A stretch of DNA of 63,592 nt, counting the filler, from Octopus bimaculoides (lineage: Eukaryota), in the NCBI RefSeq assembly GCF_001194135.2. It is 5 parts of 4 records of this genome, joined end to end, with 100 filler letters (N's around TTAATTAATTAA, not from the genome) between each part and the next. Parts side by side here need not be neighbours in the genome. Positions count along the whole stretch, not along the records: positions 1 to 23,300 come from NC_068981.1; positions 23,401 to 39,435 come from NC_068981.1; 3 more parts are not named here. One strand, given 5' to 3'. This document shows, piece after piece, positions 13,085-27,408 of this stretch. Within the stretch, counting starts at the first letter, position 1. Each line of letters opens with the position of its first letter. Below the pieces are notes generated by a model. That model was not told where the DNA came from. It saw only the letters and a list, made by a program, of their open reading frames with translations, and searched no databases. The translations under genes were made by a program, and so were the position numbers.

Positions 13085-14378
13085 NNNNNNNNNNNNNNNN
13101 NNNNNNNNNNNNNNNNNNNNNNNNNNNNNNNNNNNNNNNNNNNNNNNNNNNNNNNNNNNNNNNNNNNNNNNNNNNNNNNNNNNNNNNNNNNNNNNNNNNN
13201 NNNNNNNNNNNNNNNNNNNNNNNNNNNNNNNNNNNNNNNNNNNNNNNNNNNNNNNNNNNNNNNNNNNNNNNNNNNNNNNNNNNNNNNNNNNNNNNNNNNN
13301 NNNNNNNNNNNNNNNNNNNNNNNNNNNNNNNNNNNNNNNNNNNNNNNNNNNNNNNNNNNNNNNNNNNNNNNNNNNNNNNNNNNNNNNNNNNNNNNNNNNN
13401 NNNNNNNNNNNNNNNNNNNNNNNNNNNNNNNNNNNNNNNNNNNNNNNNNNNNNNNNNNNNNNNNNNNNNNNNNNNNNNNNNNNNNNNNNNNNNNNNNNNN
13501 NNNNNNNNNNNNNNNNNNNNNNNNNNNNNNNNNNNNNNNNNNNNNNNNNNNNNNNNNNNNNNNNNNNNNNNNNNNNNNNNNNNNNNNNNNNNNNNNNNNN
13601 NNNNNNNNNNNNNNNNNNNNNNNNNNNNNNNNNNNNNNNNNNNNNNNNNNNNNNNNNNNNNNNNNNNNNNNNNNNNNNTATATATATGTACATATATATA
13701 TACAAACAGACTGACAGATAAAATGTGAGGTAGAGTGATGCACACACACACACACACACACATACACGCACAGACATGAAGGGACAGTATGCCTTGGTGC
13801 CTATATATGTCTATTGTGAAAGAGACGCGTTCGTTTCACCGATTTCAGATTGATTTCTACAAGTATTATATTTGATGACATTCACACGAAACTCGTAACC
13901 GTTCGCTCACTAATGTATTTCTTTTCTTGAAAGTACGTTGAATCAAGACAGCATGACTTGCTCTATTAAACATTAACGCAAAAAAGAAAAAGATGGCGAA
14001 AAAAAAACTCATATATACCGAGTGAAAATTGCTGCAATACTGCAGATGAGAGGCGCTTTCACGGTATTCACATCATTTCCTTTCATCTTATATGGACATT
14101 TTTACCTAATTTGACGAGGAAGGTGGGCTGCTATTTATGGACATTGTCCATAAACACCACGTTAATCGGAAAACAATAATTGAATAGTTAGATTCAATTT
14201 ACAGAAACCGTTTTAACACACATACACACATGTATACATACATACACACGCTCGCACAAACACACACACATACATATATAGTCAAGTTAACAGAATTATA
14301 TTTCTATTTTCAACTTAGATAACTTTTCGAAACAAACTCCTATAGTCGACTGAGCAAAGGCTAAAACAAGCAAGAAAC

Positions 14379-14380
<2 letters not shown>

Positions 14381-14444
<64 letters not shown>

Positions 14445-14583
14445 TAATAATCAAGGATTATCAGGAGGGTTCTGAGCATTTGAAAGACTACTGAAATCTT
14501 GTGGACACCCAAGGTCACCGGTAGTAACCCACTACCCACATAAATCCTACCAGGAATAAGACCAAAACTTGAGTCAAACCATT

Positions 14584-14666
<83 letters not shown>

Positions 14667-14695
14667 TGATAATAATAATAATGATGATGATTTCA
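14381..14695 (+). repeat. (AAT)n microsatellites split by a 134-bp insert
   Basis: Direct reading. Confidence 0.95.
14452..14585 (+). mobile_element. Extremely 5'-truncated R4/Dong-type LINE 3' end inside (AAT)n
   Basis: Encodes RIIRRVLSI* (cf. RILRRVLDV* at 56405), followed by a ~100-bp 3'UTR, with AAT repeats on both sides. Confidence 0.65.
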
Positions 14696-14851
14696 TTTAT
14701 TTGTCACAAGGGCGAAGGATGAGAGGGACAATACAATGACAGACATAAATCATGGGTGTTTACATGAAATAAAAAAAAAGAAAAGATAGGAAATATACGC
14801 TGACCAAGAAGGGACATATGCATAGCAAACAAAAAAAATAAATTCTATTTA

Positions 14852-15215
<364 letters not shown>

Positions 15216-17351
15216 ATGGCTGGTGCAAAATGCATGCAGGCAGAAGTTACGGGCAGGTATCTAATACCGGAATTTTCATTATGAAATAAGATTCAAAATG
15301 TTATCCCAAATATGGAATTAGGGCGTTGGGTTCTATGAAAGTGAAACACTCTTCATTGTGCCGAATAGAAGTATTGGAAACGAAAGCATCAACAGAATTA
15401 CACACATACAAACTCACATACAAACTTATGTATATTTATTTAAATTCTTTTATTCCTGTACAGAATTCAACCTGGCTCACATGTTTAATATTTGACGCTT
15501 GTTGATAAACGAATTAATGTGCACACATATGTTGCATGTGAATCAACTTGCGCTCATGTAGTGTATAGGCATGTCACTTTAGTATATATGTGCTTGTCTT
15601 CTGCTCTGGCCTGTCAGTCTTCATTCTCACTTCAGTTTTCCCATCGAACGCATCATTTTTCACCATTATTCACATTTGTTCAAGAACTGCTGTTTGAACG
15701 ACTAAAATCTGTCTTCATTTCTTCCTTTATCATTGCACATGCACACTACCGTTTTTTTCTTCTCTTGTCCTAGTCGCTAAGGTTCAACCGTACGTATTTT
15801 CGTGTCCATTGGATTTTCTCTATGACAGTTGCTAACACTCAGCAATATAATTCTTTTCACTTTAATTCTTGTCTTGACTGCATCAATCCGTAACAATTAT
15901 TTCTGGTTGTTGTTGAAACCGATGGTGGAGTCGGTACTGTTTTAAGGGATGAGAATGGAAACATCTCTTGATACATATCTGATGATGAGTCTCTAATCAT
16001 ATGTTTGCATCGGGTGTGTCCAGTTTCTTTCATTTTTCATACAGAAAAAGAAAAAAACCTGATCATTTTTTTCGAAACTTTATATATATACGCACTCATA
16101 CACACACATATACTACACAGAATCACACGCATGTATTTATACAACGAGCTGACACAAAGTTTTAGTCGACTAAATTCAATTACAAGAAGCTGATTTGCCT
16201 GGGGCTATTGCAGACACTGTGCAAGGAGCGCATAGCGCGACTGGAACCACTTAGTTGCAGTGAGTTCATAATCACATAGACATACCCGCTCATTCATACA
16301 TATATACATACATACATACATACATACATACATAAATACATACATATTCAGAACCGAATCAGACTGTTTGAAGTAATAAATGTAACTACGACTAAATGTG
16401 TTGTTTGCCCACTTTCGTTTGTCCACATGTATGTATGTCTGTCTGTATGTATGTATGTATGTATGTATGTATGCATGTATGTACGAAGACTGACCGGGAG
16501 AAGTATATAAAAGAAACTGTATTTTGAAGTACGGAACTTTCTTATACGTCCTGACGAGACAACGCCAGTTGGCAAAAGAGAAATTTGTATTCAGTTATTG
16601 AATGTATTCTACTTTACGACTGATTCTTTCAGTAAAGTCTTAAGAAAAGAAAGCAATGCAAATCGTAGACATCTCCATCCATATATTGAACAAAGAAAGA
16701 AAGTTTTTGGCATTTCTCGTGTCTCTCAGTCGATTTAACCGTAATTTATATGCAACATTTGCATTGTAGTGTAATACTAAGAGCAAAAAGAGACAGTACA
16801 TTATGAGTTGCTGTTATTTCAGTCGATTTCAAAACAAGCCAATTAGGTTGGTTGAATCTTAGCCAAAGTCCAACAGAATAGTGGTTTACGATTATGCCAG
16901 AATTAACAACTAAAATGCTTATTACCTGAGTATAGAATAACAGAATATTATGTATTTTCTGAAGCATTGCATGTAACAGAAGACTGGTATATTACTCCTT
17001 ATATCAGCTTAACTAGATCTTTAGTTACATTAATAGTCTTCCTAAAAATTCAATAGTGTACAGAAATTATGACAGACAGACAAATTCAACTAAAACCAAT
17101 AGTAATAAATCCACACGAGTAATCCTTTTGCAAATCCAAACCTAATAAATGATTGATGTGCAATGTCCCCTCGTTATATACACCATTCTTTATATTATAG
17201 CATGTAATAGAATACCCATTTCATCAGTTTTGTTTGCCTTAAGAGAAAGTGCATACTTTTAAATTTAGGCAACAATAGGTATGATATAATTAGAATTAAA
17301 TCGAATACATTCAAATTTTTAGTCTAATGTATCAACCCCAGTACATGTTAT

Positions 17352-17470
17352 TTGAAGCCTAGTACTTATTCTATGGGTCCCTTTTGCCGAACCGCTAAAT
17401 TACGGGGATGTAAACACACCAGCATCGGTTGTCAAGTTGTGAGGAGGTGGGCAACTATAGACACAAAGAC
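17352..17470 (-). mobile_element. Family A SINE body fragment
   Basis: agcctagtacttattc...gccgaaccgctaa...ggttgtcaag. Confidence 0.8.
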
Positions 17471-18147
17471 ACACACACACACACACACTATTAATTGCAT
17501 ATTACTCATCGCAGTTTAAAAGCATCAGTATGTGGTGTCACACTTGCAATAGTAGCAAGATATATATATATATGTATATATACACCCACATGCACACATG
17601 ACACACACACGAGTGTGAGTGTGTGTGTGCATGCGTATTTCTTTATATAGATTTTGGTAGTAAAATATACAAAGCCGAGCCCCACATGTCTTCAGCAGAC
17701 CACCTAGGACTGCTTCGGCGCGATTTCGCTTTCCCAGCCGTAGATATATGTAGTAAGACAAGGATCAACCTAGCTTTATGTAAATGAAGTAGCATCAATC
17801 ATCATCGGGATTAAATAACACCATGGCAATGTGTTTAGATGTCTGCTGCTGTCGGTATTTGGATTTCGGTGCCATGTAATTTTACGCAAAATTTATGGAA
17901 AAATGTTTTTTTTCCAGCAACGAATGCCGTTCAGGCGGGGCGTCTATCTCGCATTCAGAGACGGAATATATAACGCATCCAATCTGCTTCTCAGACATTA
18001 GGACTCATTTTACAAAGTACTTCAGTTTGCAGTACTTTTTAATTCATCCATCCAGGTCGTGATTAAATCCAACTGCCCAACATGATTGGCGTCTGAAGAA
18101 GCTTAAAAGAAAGAGAAACTATAGATTTTCCAATCCAATATACTTAC

Positions 18148-18261
18148 CTGATGCTAATCTTAATCTGCTAATCATTTAACACCACCAACTGATCGTTGAA
18201 ATTTACTTCGTCACGAATAATTGTGGTCTGAGAACGGCAACAATCCCAACACTCTCAAAGA
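18148..18261 (-). other. Candidate exon (UTR-type or start-codon exon)
   Basis: Acceptor ttatttcctaacAG and perfect donor CAG|GTAAGTAT. All three frames have stops; the last 28 nt could encode MISRLRLAS. Confidence 0.3.
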
Positions 18262-18527
18262 CTGTTAGGAAATAATTAATCAGCAACACATTAAATTGAT
18301 TGACACAAAGACGTTTTTATATTTTTTCTGCAAAATACTTCTGCCTCTGTTTAAATGTTCCTTGATTAACTGAAAGAATATTTTACTTGGCTCGTCACAT
18401 TTACGTGGGAGAAATTAATAATTAAAATTGTCGCAACAAGAAAAGGTGCTCCGCGTAATGTCGGAATTAATCATAAAGTATTTGTGAACAAATACAATTA
18501 GAATTGAAACTGAATTAACTCTGGAGA

Positions 18528-18737
18528 CTCTTTTATCATTTACGTGTTTCAGTCATTAGGCTGTCGCCATACTAGGGCACTGTCTTGATGAATTTTTAGT
18601 CGAATATGTCGACCCAAGTACTTATTTTTTGAAGCCTAATTATCTATTTTTGCCGAAACGCTAATTTAGGGGATGTGATGTAAACACATCACCGGTTGTC
18701 AAGCGGTGGTGGTGGGACAAATATAGACACAAAGAAA

Positions 18738-18811
<74 letters not shown>

Positions 18812-19192
18812 NNNNNNNNNNNNNNNNNNNNNNNNNNNNNNNNNNNNNNNNNNNNNNNNNNNNNNNNNNNNNNNNNNNNNNNNNNNNNNNNNNNNNNNNN
18901 NNNNNNNNNNNNNNNNNNNNNNNNNNNNNNNNNNNNNNNNNNNNNNNNNNNNNNNNNNNNNNNNNNNNNNNNNNNNNNNNNNNNNNNNNNNNNNNNNNNN
19001 NNNNNNNNNNNNNNNNNNNNNNNNNNNNNNNNNNNNNNNNNNNNNNNNNNNNNNNNNNNNNNNNNNNNNNNNNNNNNNNNNNNNNNNNNNNNNNNNNNNN
19101 NNNNNNNNNNNNNNNNNNNNNNNNNNNNNNNNNNNNNNNNNNNNNNNNNNNNNNNNNNNNNNNNNNNNNNNNNNNNNNNNNNNNNNNNNNNN

Positions 19193-19224
<32 letters not shown>

Positions 19225-19345
19225 ATATATACGACGGGCTTCTTTCAGTTTCCGTCTACCAAATCTACTCACAAGGCTTTAGTCAGCCCGCGACCAAGGT
19301 ACCGTGTAGTGAGGAAGGAAGCTGCTTACGACTAGCCACGCCTAC
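18528..19345 (-). mobile_element. Family A SINE interrupted by (CA)n, an N gap and (TATG)n
   Basis: Body 18528-18740 and head 19231-19345 in the same orientation. Confidence 0.85.
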
Positions 19346-20487
19346 ACACTAATTCTTGACATACTGAATGACCTAATTTTCTCTGTAAACCGGGAATTCC
19401 CCGAAGAACACACACACACACATATGTCCTCGAACGCATCCATACACATATTTTCCTTTCTCTAAATACTTATCACATTACCTTTGAGCCCGCCGCTTTT
19501 GTTGAAAATTCCTGATATACTGCACCAATTTGATATCTTCCGAGTATATCATTCGGCTGATTTCACTTTCCATTAAGCCTAGTCTATCTGCCATACTACC
19601 AACCTCACGTCAGATAACCACTCTCCTCCAAAGCAAATTACCTTTCTTTCTTCCATCCATCCATAACATACATACATACATACATACATACATACATACA
19701 TACATACATACATACATTCATGCATACATACATAGCCTTTGCTACTGGATCACTTTAATTGATATTTCTTGACAGCCTTTCTTTTCTTTTATCCGAGCCT
19801 CCCCCGCAATCCTCTCCTTTCCCAATCTCTACTCTCAACACCATCTTTCAAATACCTGTTTTATTGTCTTTTATTAGTTATCTCGCCTTCAGCTTCACCC
19901 AACTCCGTGTTTCGTGTGTATTCGACCTCGATGTCTTATTTGTCCCTCCTGTTCGTACATTACCGCATTGATAGCTTTAATGCGATCAACGCATTTAAAT
20001 CCATCTCGCACGTTCTAACACAATGTATAGCATGCAAACAGTATGGCGAAATATAGCTAGGGGAAACGAGTTACCGTTTGAGATTGAAGAATTGCGAGTA
20101 CTTCCAAGATATTTGTAAAAATATTAAGGCACTTCTGAAGGAGCATGAAAGAGCCTTTGATTCGAAGGAAACACACAAAGGGAGGAAGCATTGTATTTAA
20201 TTTTGGTACCACTACCCTACATAGCTTTGATGCATACATTACCTGCCTCTAATTCTGTACTCAAACGCTTTCCTTGTCACTGCTTATCTTCTATTCTAGC
20301 TGCGAATTCTGCTTTATATTTTCTGATGGTTAATGACATGGATGAGATGAAGTAGAATTAATATTTCTAGCTTTTTCTCACGTACTGTCACTTGTCTATC
20401 ACTGTATATTATTCGTCTCCTTTTTGCCTCAGAATCTTACTCGTGTTATTTGCGCGATTTTCTCTCACATCCTCTAACACACATGCT

Positions 20488-20867
20488 CTTTAACTCTTTT
20501 ACATGTTTCAGTCATTTGACTGTGGCCATGCTGGAACACCGCCTTTAGTCGAGCAAATCGACCCCAGGATTTATTCTTTGTAAACCTAGTACTTATTCTA
20601 TCGGTCTATTTTGCCGAACCGCTAGTTACGGGGACGTAAGCACACCAGCATCGGTTGTCAAGCGATGTTGGGAGGACAGACACACAAACATACGCATATA
20701 TGTACATATATAAGACGGGCTTCTTTCAGCTTCCGTCTACCAAATCTACTCACAAGGCTTTGGTCGGCCCGAGGTTATAGTGGAAGATACATGCCCAAGG
20801 TGACACGCAGTGGGACTGAACCTGGAACCCTGTTGTTGATAAGCAAGCTACTTGCCACACAGCCACT
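20488..20867 (-). mobile_element. Full-length family A SINE with short internal repeat
   Basis: Close match to 10163-10581. Confidence 0.92.
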
Positions 20868-21496
20868 TCTTTATTCCTATAAGACGAAGAATGACTGGGA
20901 CTTCGACGTTAAGGCTTGCTAGCCTTCATCGTGNNNNNNNNNNNNNNNNNNNNNNNNNNNNNNNNNNNNNNNNNNNNNNNNNNNNNNNNNNNNNNNNNNN
21001 NNNNNNNNNNNNNNNNNNNNNNNNNNNNNNNNNNNNNNNNNNNNNNNNNNNNNNNNNNNNNNNNNNNNNNNNNNNNNNNNNNNNNNNNNNNNNNNNNNNN
21101 NNNNNNNNNNNNNNNNNNNNNNNNNNNNNNNNNNNNNNNNNNNNNNNNNNNNNNNNNNNNNNNNNNNNNNNNNNNNNNNNNNNNNNNNNNNNNNNNNNNN
21201 NNNNNNNNNNNNNNNNNNNNNNNNNNNNNNNNNNNNNNNNNNNNNNNNNNNNNNNNNNNNNNNNNNNNNNNNNNNNNNNNNNNNNNNNNNNNNNNNNNNN
21301 NNNNNNNNNNNNNNNNNNNNNNNNNNNNNNNNNNNNNNNNNNNNNNNNNNNNNNNNNNNNNNNNNNNNNNNNNNNNNNNNNNNNNNNNNNNNNNNNNNNN
21401 NNNNNNNNNNNNNNNNNNNNNNNNNNNNNNNNNNNNNNNNNNNNNNNNNNNNNNNNNNNNNNNNNNNNNNNNNNNNNNNNNNNNNNNNNNNNNNNN

Positions 21497-21569
<73 letters not shown>

Positions 21570-23300
21570 TTGTATATGCAGATTGATGCGTAGAAACATG
21601 TTAAAGATGTTGTCCACAAGATGTCTGCAAGATACCTATATCAAAATTTTAATCTATATAGCAAACCGCGTGTGTTGTTCAGCCTTTTTTATTCTTCTTT
21701 CGTCATACATCTTCACACCTACCATGTGTGAAGCAGCTCATAAACAATCAAAGCTGACACCTATGATAATCTATCTTTACAGCACCTCTTTGCTTTAAAT
21801 TTTCGGTAACTTATGGCAGCCTAGACAGTCATTTGCTATATTTCATTAACCATAACATGTACACACAAACACAGAAACACACACACACTCAGACACACAC
21901 AGATAAATTTCGTACTATGTAAATACATACATATAGACATATGTATGTACATACATACGTACATGCTTGCGTACGTACCTAGGTACATACAGATTTGTGT
22001 GTGTGTGTGATAGTGTTTGTATCGTCACGTATCTGTAATTTTGCTACGCCATATGAATGAGAGGACTAAGTTTTGTTCATGAAAATAAGATGGGAAGTTA
22101 CAGCTACATATGCAGTAGTGAATAAAACGGCATAGAAGAGAGTTTTATGGACAATGCAAGTGGCAATATCTCGGCAATTACAAACAGCTTCAAACAGACA
22201 AGATGTATTGAATAGAAAAACAGAAGTTCTCACCAAACACAATCTTTTATTTGAACATCCCATGAGAATGACTCCTAAATCTCAAATGACAGCACTTGAA
22301 ATCCTTTATATCGCTTCTGCCTACTACAATAAAATGCCTGTGTGTGTATTTAATTGCTTGTCCGTGTGCTTGTGTGTAGATACATACAGAGATAAATGTG
22401 TGGAGAAAAATACAGAACTATATGTGTGTGTATATATTTAGTGGCTGAACGCAAGCAAATATTTGTCAGACGGAATGTGCGATTACAACAAATCATAAAG
22501 TTGGGAGAATTATTATTTAGCTAAACGAGTGAGTGTCTCTTATCCAACATAAATTATTATCAAGTGTTTCATTTAGTCTTCCTAGCGTATTGTCATGTTA
22601 TTTTACTTGTAGTTATATGCGTTTTATTATACACATACACGCATATATATTTTTTCACATCCACTTAATCTCAATATTTGAGATACAGACTTACACAAAA
22701 TCATATTCATTCCCGTGGACAGTACGTACATATAGGCAGCTAGCACAAATATTGAAATGTACAGATACACTCACTGAAATTCATAAAACCTATTATCTCT
22801 CAAATCTTACACACTGAATTCTTTATTTGTGGTGTCTCAGCGGATAGTTGGTGATGGATTGCTCTATAGATGTATGGTTTTGGTTATGCAAAGTGATGTT
22901 ATCTAGGCAAATATAACTTATATTAGGATTTTAGCCATTAAAAATGTTACTGTATTTTAACAGGAAAAGGTTGCGCTGTAAATTATAGATATTTCCTAGA
23001 AATGTTTGGATCGACGTCTAAATTATGACATGGACTTATCAGGTTATATGCCTACATCAGATTTTCAGAAATAGTGGGGACTGTTTTTTATATTGTTTCT
23101 CCTATAAAGCCATTCCAGTCTAGGGGTTCATTATATGGAAAGATGCACTGTGGAAAACGTATCTATCAAAGAATAAAAAGGACAGCCATACTCTTGCTTA
23201 TGTTCACTGTAAGATCCCTAATTATATTTGAGAGTGACCAATATTTTTAATAAAATATAATAGTCTTTCACTTGCTTCAGTAGAGGAATCGTGATCATAT

Positions 23301-23400
23301 NNNNNNNNNNNNNNNNNNNNNNNNNNNNNNNNNNNNNNNNNNNNTTAATTAATTAANNNNNNNNNNNNNNNNNNNNNNNNNNNNNNNNNNNNNNNNNNNN
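23301..23400. other. Artificial scaffold spacer N44-TTAATTAATTAA-N44 (also near 39480, 48667, 57897)
   Basis: Identical 12-mer centred in a 100-bp N block at four sites. Confidence 0.95.
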
Positions 23401-23507
23401 GTGTGTGTGCAGTATTTGGTGTTAGTGTATGCGCAGATTTGTATGTTTGTTTTATGGATTGCATGTATGTATGTATGTATGTATGTATGTATGTGTGTAT
23501 GTATGTA

Positions 23508-23559
<52 letters not shown>

Positions 23560-23570
23560 CATGTTTGTAT

Positions 23571-23945
23571 GTGGCGATGTGGTAAGTAGCTTCCTTCTCA
23601 ACCCTATGGGTCCGGGTGTCTTCTACTTTAGCCTCGGGCTAACCAAAGCCTCGTGAGTGGATTTGGTAGACGGAAACTGAAAGAAGCCCGTCGTATATGT
23701 GTGTGTATTTATGTGCGTGTGTGTGTCTTTTGTCTGTGTTTGTCCACCAACCAACGCTTGACAACCAATGTTGATGTATTTACGTCCACGTAACTTAACG
23801 GTTCGTCAAAAGAGACCGATAGAATAAGTACTAGGCATAAAAAGAAATAAATCCTGGGGTAGATTTCTGCGACTAAAATCCCTTTAAGGTAGTGCTCCAG
23901 CATAGCCGTAGTTAAATAACTTAACTGAATCAAGTAACAGAGCAA
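23571..23945 (+). mobile_element. Family A SINE
   Basis: Head 23571-23695 and body 23701-23945. Confidence 0.88.
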
Positions 23946-23955
23946 CAGAATATAA

Positions 23956-23999
<44 letters not shown>

Positions 24000-24027
24000 N
24001 NNNNNNNNNATATATATATATATATAT

Positions 24028-24172
24028 GATGGGCTTCTTTCAAATTCCGTCTACCAAATCCACTCGCAAGGCTTTGGTCGACCCGAGTCTATAGTAGAAG
24101 ACACTTGCCCAAGGTGTCACGGCGTGGAACTGAACCTGAAACCATGTGGTTGGTAAGCAAGCTACTTACCAC
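24028..24172 (-). mobile_element. Family A SINE head, inverted relative to 23571
   Basis: gggcttctttc...ccgtctaccaaatccactc...cttgcccaagg...accatgtgg. Confidence 0.85.
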
Positions 24173-25428
24173 TTGTAAATATTTTCAATTAAAGCCAGCA
24201 CTTAAGCATGTATCTGGTCATGAGTATATTACTGCATGGTTTGTTTTATATGTTCAGTAATGGCCTGTACGCTGAGCATAGGTGAGGGCCTTTGTTACAA
24301 TAAGTCATGTAGGCAGAGAGGGATATATATATATATTAAGCACACACAGGCACACACACATATATAATATGAATGTTATCAATCAGTTTCATTTCTGTAT
24401 TTCTTGTCCATAGAGAAAGAGCCGGACTCTAACATAGATTCAAGGCTCCTTCATTGGAACTTTTATCAACATCATCTAGGTATTTGTGCATATGTGTGTG
24501 TGTGCAGTATTTGGTGTTAGTGTATGCGCAGATTTGTATGTTTGTTTTATGGATTGCATGTATGTATGTATGTATGTATGTATGTATGTGTGTATGTATG
24601 TATGTATGTGTGTGTGTGTGTGTGTGTGNNNNNNNNNNNNNNNNNNNNNNNNNNNNNNNNNNNNNNNNNNNNNNNNNNNNNNNNNNNNNNNNNNNNNNNN
24701 NNNNNNNNNNNNNNNNNNNNNNNNNNNNNNNNNNNNNNNNNNNNNNNNNNNNNNNNNNNNNNNNNNNNNNNNNNNNNNNNNNNNNNNNNNNNNNNNNNNN
24801 NNNNNNNNNNNNNNNNNNNNNNNNNNNNNNNNNNNNNNNNNNNNNNNNNNNNNNNNNNNNNNNNNNNNNNNNNNNNNNNNNNNNNNNNNNNNNNNNNNNN
24901 NNNNNNNNNNNNNNNNNNNNNNNNNNNNNNNNNNNNNNNNNNNNNNNNNNNNNNNNNNNNNNNNNNNNNNNNNNNNNNNNNNNNNNNNNNNNNNNNNNNN
25001 NNNNNNNNNNNNNNNNNNNNNNNNNNNNNNNNNNNNNNNNNNNNNNNNNNNNNNNNNNNNNNNNNNNNNNNNNNNNNNNNNNNNNNNNNNNNNNNNNNNN
25101 NNNNNNNNNNNNNNNNNNNNNNNNNNNNNNNNNNNNNNNNNNNNNNNNNNNNNNNNNNNNNNNNNNNNNNNNNNNNNNNNNNNNNNNNNNNNNNNNNNNN
25201 NNNNNNNNNNNNNNNNNNNNNNNNNNNNNNNNNNNNNNNNNNNNNNNNNNNNNNNNNNNNNNNNNNNNNNNNNNNNNNNNNNNNNNNNNNNNNNNNNNNN
25301 NNNNNNNNNNNNNNNNNNNNNNNNNNNNNNNNNNNNNNNNNNNNNNNNNNNNNNNNNNNNNNNNNNNNNNNNNNNNNNNNNNNNNNNNNNNNNNNNNNNN
25401 NNNNNNNNNNNNNNNNNNNNNNNNNNNN

Positions 25429-25460
<32 letters not shown>

Positions 25461-26127
25461 TCATATGTATTTAGAAAGAAAGAAATAGATATATGGATAC
25501 TCATAGACGAGTAGAAGTCATATAAACTAACTGATCCACTTGCTTCTTTGTAATTCAAGACATTTCTTACAAAATCTTCTTCTCTCTAATGAAGGATAAA
25601 TACCCAAAACGCTGGAATCTTCACTCCTCTTGGCAAATAAACTATAATTTGCTTCTGTCTCTGATTTTCATGAACTATCTTTTGCCGACGCACTCGACTA
25701 TCGGTTTCCTTGTCTCCCACCCCATCTCCGGAATTTACATGTTAAGGTACTTAACATGTAAATTTGATTTACAGATAAAACTCTAGTCTATCAATATATT
25801 TGAGGCAATCCATATTTGGTATAACACCGTTTGTTACGATATTATTAAACGTGTCCGTAGGATGACGTTCAGATTACTTCATATCTAATTCTATCAATCA
25901 GTTCTCTATCTTATCTCAATATTGGTATCTCCGTTCAAAGAAGACAGTTTCACATTTAATGGTAAATTTTAAAAATTAAGTGACCTAAATTCTCTGGCAA
26001 ACATTATAAGTGTCACTTCCTTCATTTAGTCAGCCATCTCTGACACAGCTATGAGCAATATCATACAGGAAACAGAGATACAATAATACACACATATATA
26101 TATGTATGTGTACATACATGTAACACT

Positions 26128-26161
<34 letters not shown>

Positions 26162-26169
26162 CACACACA

Positions 26170-26208
<39 letters not shown>

Positions 26209-27327
26209 NNNNNNNNNNNNNNNNNNNNNNNNNNNNNNNNNNNNNNNNNNNNNNNNNNNNNNNNNNNNNNNNNNNNNNNNNNNNNNNNNNNNNNNNNNNN
26301 NNNNNNNNNNNNNNNNNNNNNNNNNNNNNNNNNNNNNNNNNNNNNNNNNNNNNNNNNNNNNNNNNNNNNNNNNNNNNNNNNNNNNNNNNNNNNNNNNNNN
26401 NNNNNNNNNNNNNNNNNNNNNNNNNNNNNNNNNNNNNNNNNNNNNNNNNNNNNNNNNNNNNNNNNNNNNNNNNNNNNNNNNNNNNNNNNNNNNNNNNNNN
26501 NACACACATATATATATGTATGTATAAGAAATATTAACAATAAATACTTAGCAATTATGACAAATGCATTTCTTTTGTGTTTGGTGATAAGCAGAAAACT
26601 CAATAAGAGTGAACAAAATTTTAAACTATGTTGTTAAAACAATACTATAACGACTTATAAATACACCTAAACATGAGACACTTGAAAATAGCATTCAGTG
26701 ACATATTGAAATAAACGCATAATATATTCAATATGTTCTGCAGGCACGATCGTGTTTCTAGCAAGCAAACGGTCGCAGAAGTATATGTTGGCTTCACTAA
26801 CGGCTTTGCAAAGAGTTGTGTGATGTTGTTAGTGTTTATATATGCGTTTATCTGCATGTGCATTTAAAGAAAAAACGAGGAAAAATTGTCAAGGAAAGAA
26901 AAGGAAAGCGATAAAGAGTGCAACTCCAGAAAAACTTCCTTATATAGGATTTATTTATATGCTCTATATTGTGTTAGGTAATTCAACTTTCTTGCATATT
27001 TTGGAGAATGGTTTTGTAAGCAGAAGTTAGTTAATCGTTTAAGCCTGGTACCATAACATTATCCTTTGTGAAATGGTTCTCAAATATCTGATACATCTAA
27101 TTAATTTACATTTACATTCATGTTTATTAATAAATTTATTAATAAGTGAATTCTTGATTTTCCTGAGAGCCTATATTCATATGAATAAGAGTGTTATTTA
27201 AGTTTCAGTTGTTACTTCTATTTTAGTATGTAGTTTAGCATCAAAGTTTTGATTGTCGCTTGCACAGTTGTACAGTCGCTCTAGAGAGAAGCACTTTGTC
27301 ACTGTAGGCCCCTCTTTCAGTGTATGT

Positions 27328-27371
<44 letters not shown>

Positions 27372-27374
27372 ACA

Positions 27375-27408
<34 letters not shown>

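Noticed and set aside
18140-18150. ATACTTACCTG as a U1 snRNA 5' end
   Set aside because: Downstream sequence has no U1 stem-loops or Sm site; better read as a minus-strand splice donor.
23345-23356. TTAATTAATTAA recurring four times as a possible conserved motif
   Set aside because: Always centred in a 100-bp N block (checked as N44-12-N44 here); artificial scaffold linker.
23401-24628. Exact duplication of 23401-~23535 at ~24496-24628
   Set aside because: Both copies end in microsatellite and touch gaps; most likely redundant contig or haplotype assembly, not a real duplication.
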